A stretch of 64,000 bases of DNA, taken from an uncultured Trueperaceae bacterium. GTDB lineage: Bacteria > Deinococcota > Deinococci > Deinococcales > Trueperaceae. The stretch covers positions 90,493-154,492 of the forward strand of contig CAWFFU010000012.1 of NCBI GenBank assembly GCA_963815215.1, written 5' to 3'. A model generated the notes under the pieces. It searched no databases. It saw nothing but the letters and a program-made list of their open reading frames with translations, and was not told the origin of the DNA. The first letter of the stretch is position 1, and each line of letters begins with the position of its first letter. Shown in pieces: positions 60,201-64,000 of the stretch. Made by a program: the position numbers and the translations under genes.

Positions 60201-62260
60201 AGCGGCGCGCTCTTGCCGTCGCCGAAGTCGAGGCTGTAGGAGATGCCGTTGCCGTTCGCCAGGCCGCCGACGGTGAGCGTCACGTCGTTGGTGGGGTGGC
60301 CGTTCTGGAAGAACCTGGGGAACGAAGGCGTGATGGTGTTGGCGAACGTTGTTCCGGGCAGCTGCTGCGTTGCGACCTGCTGCGTGGCGCCGCCGTGGAC
60401 GAGGTACAGGGTCGCCACCGTGTACTTGAAGGTGTAGGCGTGGTGAAGCGTCAGCGCGCCGGACGCCGGCGCGGTGAAGGTGGTGGAAGTGTGGTCCCCG
60501 AAGGCGAGCTTGTAGCTGCCGCCCGGCACCAGCTCGGACAGATCGATCGCGGCCGGCTGGCCGAACACGGTCGTCTTCTCGGGGAAGGCGATGGCGCCGC
60601 TGGCGGCGTACACGGTGAGGTGGACGCTGGCGCGGGACGTGCTTCCCGGCGTGCCGGGGTAGTAGGCCATCAGGCTGACGGTGAGGGGGCCCGGCGTGCG
60701 GGGCGCGAACTCCGACACGTTCGCGGCGCCGTTCTTCGGGGTCACCACGACGGCGTTAGCGGTGTCGGTCCCGAACACCAGCCGGTACTGCACGCCGGCG
60801 ATCAGCCCGGCGGCGTGGAAGTAGAGTTCGTCGCCAGTGATGATGGGGCTCGTGTCGGGGTTGCCGGAGGCGTCGGTGCGCGTGAGCGTCTCGTTCCCCT
60901 GCGGCCAGGCGGCGGTGTAGGTGGTGCTGGCCCGGGGCTGCGGGCTGGCGCCGCCGTCGGCGGACAGCTGCAGCTTGAAGGTCCCCGCCGTGAACACGTC
61001 GGCGGTCACGGTAGCGGTGCCGGAGGTCGCGACGAAGGACGTGCTGTTGTAGTCCCCGGTGAAGAGGAGCGTGTAGTCCACGCCCGGGACCAGGCCGCTG
61101 AGGTCGACCGTCATCTTCATGCCGCCGTGGGCCGTGTCGACTCCCGTCTGCTTGGCGCTGAGGGACTCGGTGGGTGGCGGAAGGGTCACGTTCAACGGCG
61201 CCACGGCGATGATCGTCGGGGTGCCCTGCTGGGCGAGCAGCAGCTTGACGGTGGCGGCGAGCTGGACCCCCTGGTAGACGTGCGTCTCGGAGAGCGTCCC
61301 CTGGCTGTCCGCGGTCGCGCTGGTGGCCTTGCCGTCACCCCACTCGAGCCGGTAGGCGTAGCCCGCCACAAGACCGCTGGTCTTGGCGGTGACGGTCTCG
61401 CCCACGGTGGGCTGTGCGGGGGTGAGGTTCAGCGTGCCGCCGCTCTGGACGGTCACCAGCTGTTGCGCCGAGGGCGCGGACGAGCCGTTGACGGTGAGCG
61501 CCACGACGAAGTTGCCGGGGCGCTGGTAGGCGTGCTGGTAGTTGCCGCTGCCCGTCACCGCGGCGGTGGTGCCGTCGCCCCAATCGATGCTGCCGCTCCC
61601 GGACAGCCCCTGCAGGTCGGCGGTGACGGGCGAGCCGACCTGTGCCGGGTTGGGGGAGAGCTGCATGGAGAGCGGCGTGTTGCTGACGATTACCGACGCC
61701 GTGGCGTTGGGGATGGGCGTACCGCCGACCTGCAGCCGGATGAGGTAGCCGCCGACGCTCGTGTAGCGGTGCGTGTAGTTGCCGTTGGAGGCACCGGCCG
61801 TGGTGTTGCCGTCGCCCCAGTCGATGGTGAGTGTCCCGTGAACTCCGCTCAGGGCCGCCGTCACGGTGCCCCCGGGCGCCACCAGCGACGGGTTGGCGCT
61901 CACCGTCGGCGCTGCGTAGACGGTCACCGTTTGGCTCGCCAGCAACGTATTGAAGCCGCCGCCCTCCACGACCTTGACGGTGTAGGTGCCAGCGCTGGCG
62001 TAGGCGTGGGTGTCCGTCTGCGTATACACGTACTGGTTGAGCGGGACGGTGTTGCCGTCGCCCCAGTCCAGCATAGGCGCGACGTCGTAGTAGCCGTTCC
62101 AATCCGTGGTGGCCTTGACGTTGAGGCCGGCGTAGGTGGCGCCCGGGGTCAGGCTGAGTGTCGTGGTCTGGGCGTGGGCGAGCGACGGCAGCAGGAGCAG
62201 CGCAGCGAGCCAGGCGAGGCGAGCGAAGGTGGGGACGGGTCGGTGGGTGAGGAGCCGCAT
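57206..62260 (-). CDS. Large secreted protein, 1684 aa: ~8 PKD-like modules plus a long beta-rich C-terminal region
   Basis: Signal peptide ending AHA-Q; recurrent WGDG/FGD...H.Y motifs; six Cys near the C-terminus. Confidence 0.85.
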   Translation of the reverse strand: MRLLTHRPVPTFARLAWLAALLLLPSLAHAQTTTLSLTPGATYAGLNVKATTDWNGYYDVAPMLDWGDGNTVPLNQYVYTQTDTHAYASAGTYTVKVVEGGGFNTLLASQTVTVYAAPTVSANPSLVAPGGTVTAALSGVHGTLTIDWGDGNTTAGASNGNYTHRYTSVGGYLIRLQVGGTPIPNATASVIVSNTPLSMQLSPNPAQVGSPVTADLQGLSGSGSIDWGDGTTAAVTGSGNYQHAYQRPGNFVVALTVNGSSAPSAQQLVTVQSGGTLNLTPAQPTVGETVTAKTSGLVAGYAYRLEWGDGKATSATADSQGTLSETHVYQGVQLAATVKLLLAQQGTPTIIAVAPLNVTLPPPTESLSAKQTGVDTAHGGMKMTVDLSGLVPGVDYTLLFTGDYNSTSFVATSGTATVTADVFTAGTFKLQLSADGGASPQPRASTTYTAAWPQGNETLTRTDASGNPDTSPIITGDELYFHAAGLIAGVQYRLVFGTDTANAVVVTPKNGAANVSEFAPRTPGPLTVSLMAYYPGTPGSTSRASVHLTVYAASGAIAFPEKTTVFGQPAAIDLSELVPGGSYKLAFGDHTSTTFTAPASGALTLHHAYTFKYTVATLYLVHGGATQQVATQQLPGTTFANTITPSFPRFFQNGHPTNDVTLTVGGLANGNGISYSLDFGDGKSAPLTVGVDGTSTVDHVFAQGFGRRVYQLKLMLTVDGGQAIRTDAFDLNGTMTPPTVLAFQNGFVLHVTKLTAPFTYPNGLKDFSGEATLPSWVVGGREQGPVPFTFQHISAAFNYTNDAVTSGHANLAPSSLDIKMPLRLEGLKITVTGFTLGSFGTYADPGLTGHGTLPSGTGFQLDGHVINHGFGPTDGLILGFGVNTDGVPIGTTGWAFGGLMNKQLMGAIDLSTTNNYNLQSGIAPGLLATQEAYSGWASVGRTPSVDPASMGWTGIVYFYTWLHLRSGSGRNVTTSYSMTAPAKAEIAWTSAGYQTVYDSPWGSANHGPFKWGGWSFTIVQKAHFAFVDSAIVHEQPAVATVHIPMFDEDVPVTITPLNRNDRFGRPAYRIATAGPVAHDFGHSGVLAGQGTFGFVPGTQDGTLELTFPNAVWALSSKWASDPTKLDTTAADNVMGSLPSAAGLADKAKTAYTHAKDTADTIINLYKLELLLNDLTFTADGNASLGGATWQTLLDVPALEIGKFPYLGAGAEIGIEHKGSEYGIGLKGNLSIDGRVKADVAPSWYYVSSGHDRGWKFEGVTLGYDGGDASPVSFVVTASGAVDFKTDDVRFSGGGSLTVEDKFNVGVAGTFGQQSGTPYWFVYASTDLAKAGTPIIVRVEGAPVLAFYQFEGGVGSHLKLTTFGQGNQACRADDGYLPDGKLPSVLSNASECVDPTDPFNFLAGTVIGYIDQSTDSATYGLLWHLKGDLVLNASKNLTIAGQGWTMKTLAQGVDAGAPPNLAGNFTINADAITATLCAGPSATGIQGFSCSGLKPLEIDAAGLKMVSVSGLAELVASWKESQYYLAIGTYSNPISIYVIPSLKAGYLVAGKVPRAGVVDPNIPVGSKGIFVNGQYGFAWSYDKRGSAAVCDYHVWANASFGYGGGLSVYLKPDNTSHMLGTIDAWGNASAGGSCGDAHLSVDASVRAEGQLTAPSPLQFSGTVRLSAHVSHLSDIDVTTHATIPL

Positions 62261-63948
62261 CAGTCGCTACCTCCGAAGTCGTATCGCAGCCCGAGGCCGA
62301 TCGTGGCCACCGAGCCGGTGTTGCTTGCGATGGCTGTGCGATAGCCGAGCTGCGTCTGCAGCGAAAGCGCCGCGAGCATGCGTAGCCGGGCCTTGAGGTC
62401 GGTCTTGACAGCCAGTGTCGGATTCGCCTGCAGGCCGGCGCTGCCGTCGAAGGTGAAGGCACCGGTCGTGAAGCCTCCCGACAGATCGAGGCTGGCGTTG
62501 AGGTTGGTGCCGTCGTACTGCAACGATCCCTGGGCGCTGCCGTGCGCGGCGGGCGTGCCCACCTGGGCGGACAGGCTGCCGTTGGCCGAGGGCGTGACCT
62601 TGCCGTCGGTGTAGAGCTGGAAGCCTCCGCGGGCCGTGGCGCCGAAGGTCCACGGTCCGGGAGAGGCGATGATCTTGAGGCCGGCCGTGGCGCCGTTGTA
62701 GGTCCCGTCCGTCCCGCTGCCGCCCTGGTAGCCGCCGGTGACGTCGAGCCCGTGGGCGACGGGCACGTCGGCGTCGGCGCTGTAGGCGTAGCTGTCCGCG
62801 CTGCCGTCGTTGGAGCGGGTGACGGTGCCGCGGAGCGTCACGGGCGCCAGGCGCTCGGTCGACAGGCGGAGCGTCTCCTGGTTGGTGGGTGCCGCCGCGG
62901 TCGCCGTGGTCAGGCTCAAGCTCAGCGAGGCGTCGTCCTGCTTGTCCGGCCGCACGTCGAGACTCAGGCGGTGGCGATGGCTCGACGTCTGTGCCGCACC
63001 CGTGGTCTGCGTCCACTGCACCTGGTCGTCGAGCCGGGGCGTGAGGCGCAGGGCGTTGGGGCCCCAGGGTGCGAAGGTCGCCCCGACCCCGGCGCTGAGA
63101 GTCTGTGTGGTCTGGCCGTTGGCGAGGTTGGACGCCACGGCCGAGCCGGTGGTCTGGAGCGTGGTGCGCCAGTGGAGCTGCGTAATGCCCGGCGCGACCG
63201 CCTTGTAGCTGTCGCTCAGCCCGAGCTGCACGCTGCTCATGTGGTAGCCGGCGCTTCCCGCCTCGCTGGCGGCGACGCCGGTGACGAGGATCTTCGGCAG
63301 TCCCGGATCGGTCACCGACAGGGCGCCGAGGAGCGTCGTGCGGGCGCCCACGGTGCCGTCGGCGGGAACGTCGTCGAGGGCCAGCGACAGGGCGGCCTTG
63401 CGGTTGCTGAGCTGCAAGCGCACGCTCTGGTGCTGGAGGTTCACGTTGCCGGCCGTGAGGGTCACGTGGCGGTCGGGCACGTCCAGCGACAGCGAGGCGC
63501 TGACGCTCAGCCCTCGCAGGGCCCCCTGGCCGGAGCCGTAGCTCACCGCCCCGCCTTGCGTCGACGAGGCGAAGTAGTCGGTGGAGACGTACCCCTTGAG
63601 GTTGCGGATGCGAGGCCCGGTGGCCTGGCCGGGCGGCGGCGGGGGCGCCTGCACGTGCGCGGTCGCTGTGTAGAGCAGCGCCGCGTGCGTGCCGTCGACC
63701 AGGCGGACCGTGTAGCTGCCCGCCTGGGTGTAGCGGTGCGTGGCACGCTGCGGCGAGGCCACGCTCAGGCTCTGACCGTCGCCCCAGTTGACGAACACCT
63801 TGCCCGCGTCGGACGGCAACGCCGTCACGGTGAGGATCACGGCGAGCGGGTCATGGGGATCGGTCGTCAGCGACGCGACCGTCTGAGCCGCGGCGGTGCC
63901 GCAAAAGGCCAGCACCAGCGCGATCGCGTAGCTATGCGCGCGCCACAT
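62260..63948 (-). CDS. Secreted PKD-domain plus putative outer-membrane beta-barrel protein
   Basis: Signal peptide; VNWGDG..HRYTQAGSYTV; poly-Pro linker; alternating amphipathic strands ending GLGLRYDF; TGATG overlap with the next gene. Confidence 0.75.
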   Translation of the reverse strand: MWRAHSYAIALVLAFCGTAAAQTVASLTTDPHDPLAVILTVTALPSDAGKVFVNWGDGQSLSVASPQRATHRYTQAGSYTVRLVDGTHAALLYTATAHVQAPPPPPGQATGPRIRNLKGYVSTDYFASSTQGGAVSYGSGQGALRGLSVSASLSLDVPDRHVTLTAGNVNLQHQSVRLQLSNRKAALSLALDDVPADGTVGARTTLLGALSVTDPGLPKILVTGVAASEAGSAGYHMSSVQLGLSDSYKAVAPGITQLHWRTTLQTTGSAVASNLANGQTTQTLSAGVGATFAPWGPNALRLTPRLDDQVQWTQTTGAAQTSSHRHRLSLDVRPDKQDDASLSLSLTTATAAAPTNQETLRLSTERLAPVTLRGTVTRSNDGSADSYAYSADADVPVAHGLDVTGGYQGGSGTDGTYNGATAGLKIIASPGPWTFGATARGGFQLYTDGKVTPSANGSLSAQVGTPAAHGSAQGSLQYDGTNLNASLDLSGGFTTGAFTFDGSAGLQANPTLAVKTDLKARLRMLAALSLQTQLGYRTAIASNTGSVATIGLGLRYDFGGSD

Positions 63949-64000
63949 GGCGCGCCGTCGACTTTCGGCATGGCAGGAACAAACGACGACGTTTGACGCG

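Noticed and set aside
58802..62344. 1180-aa plus-strand ORF and similar long ORFs (for example 8860-10851, 23197-25317, 33879-36146, 51217-53700, 26503-28494)
   Set aside because: Antisense or alternate-frame shadows expected in very GC-rich DNA; they overlap well-supported genes and show no motifs.

Overview
A 64-kb, very GC-rich bacterial chromosomal segment. Gene content and protein similarity (Thermus-like BCKDH E1, short PurA and MinC, many leaderless genes) suggest phylum Deinococcota, possibly a Truepera-like lineage; this is inference. Most of the window is housekeeping or metabolic: a maltodextrin ABC transporter with a GH13 enzyme, prmC, lspA, large NAD-glutamate dehydrogenase, hemW, a second sugar ABC transporter, a THUMP RNA methyltransferase, ftsK, a GT4, a peroxiredoxin, a two-component system, a PfkB kinase, isoaspartyl peptidase, mreD-mrdA-minC, thiolase, moaA, aroF-tyrA, modAB, purA, citrate synthase, an MgtC-family protein and branched-chain 2-oxoacid dehydrogenase E1a/E1b/E2. 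I saw no tRNA, rRNA, CRISPR array or transposase. The most interesting signals are: (1) an Ile/Leu/Val-codon leader ORF that reads through an intrinsic terminator upstream of the catabolic bkd operon, a candidate inverted attenuator; (2) an unannotated Tyr/Trp-rich 33-aa leader peptide with a near-consensus promoter upstream of aroF-tyrA; (3) a tightly linked three-gene surface or secretion module (PKD plus beta-barrel, 1684-aa PKD-repeat protein, FN3-repeat protein); (4) a catalytically degenerate M23 protein upstream of ftsK; (5) a tandem lipoprotein duplication with one multiply frameshifted copy and conserved promoter motifs; (6) a membrane-anchored HRDC protein; (7) pervasive leaderless gene architecture. 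All calls come from reading the sequence by eye; no searches or folding calculations were run.
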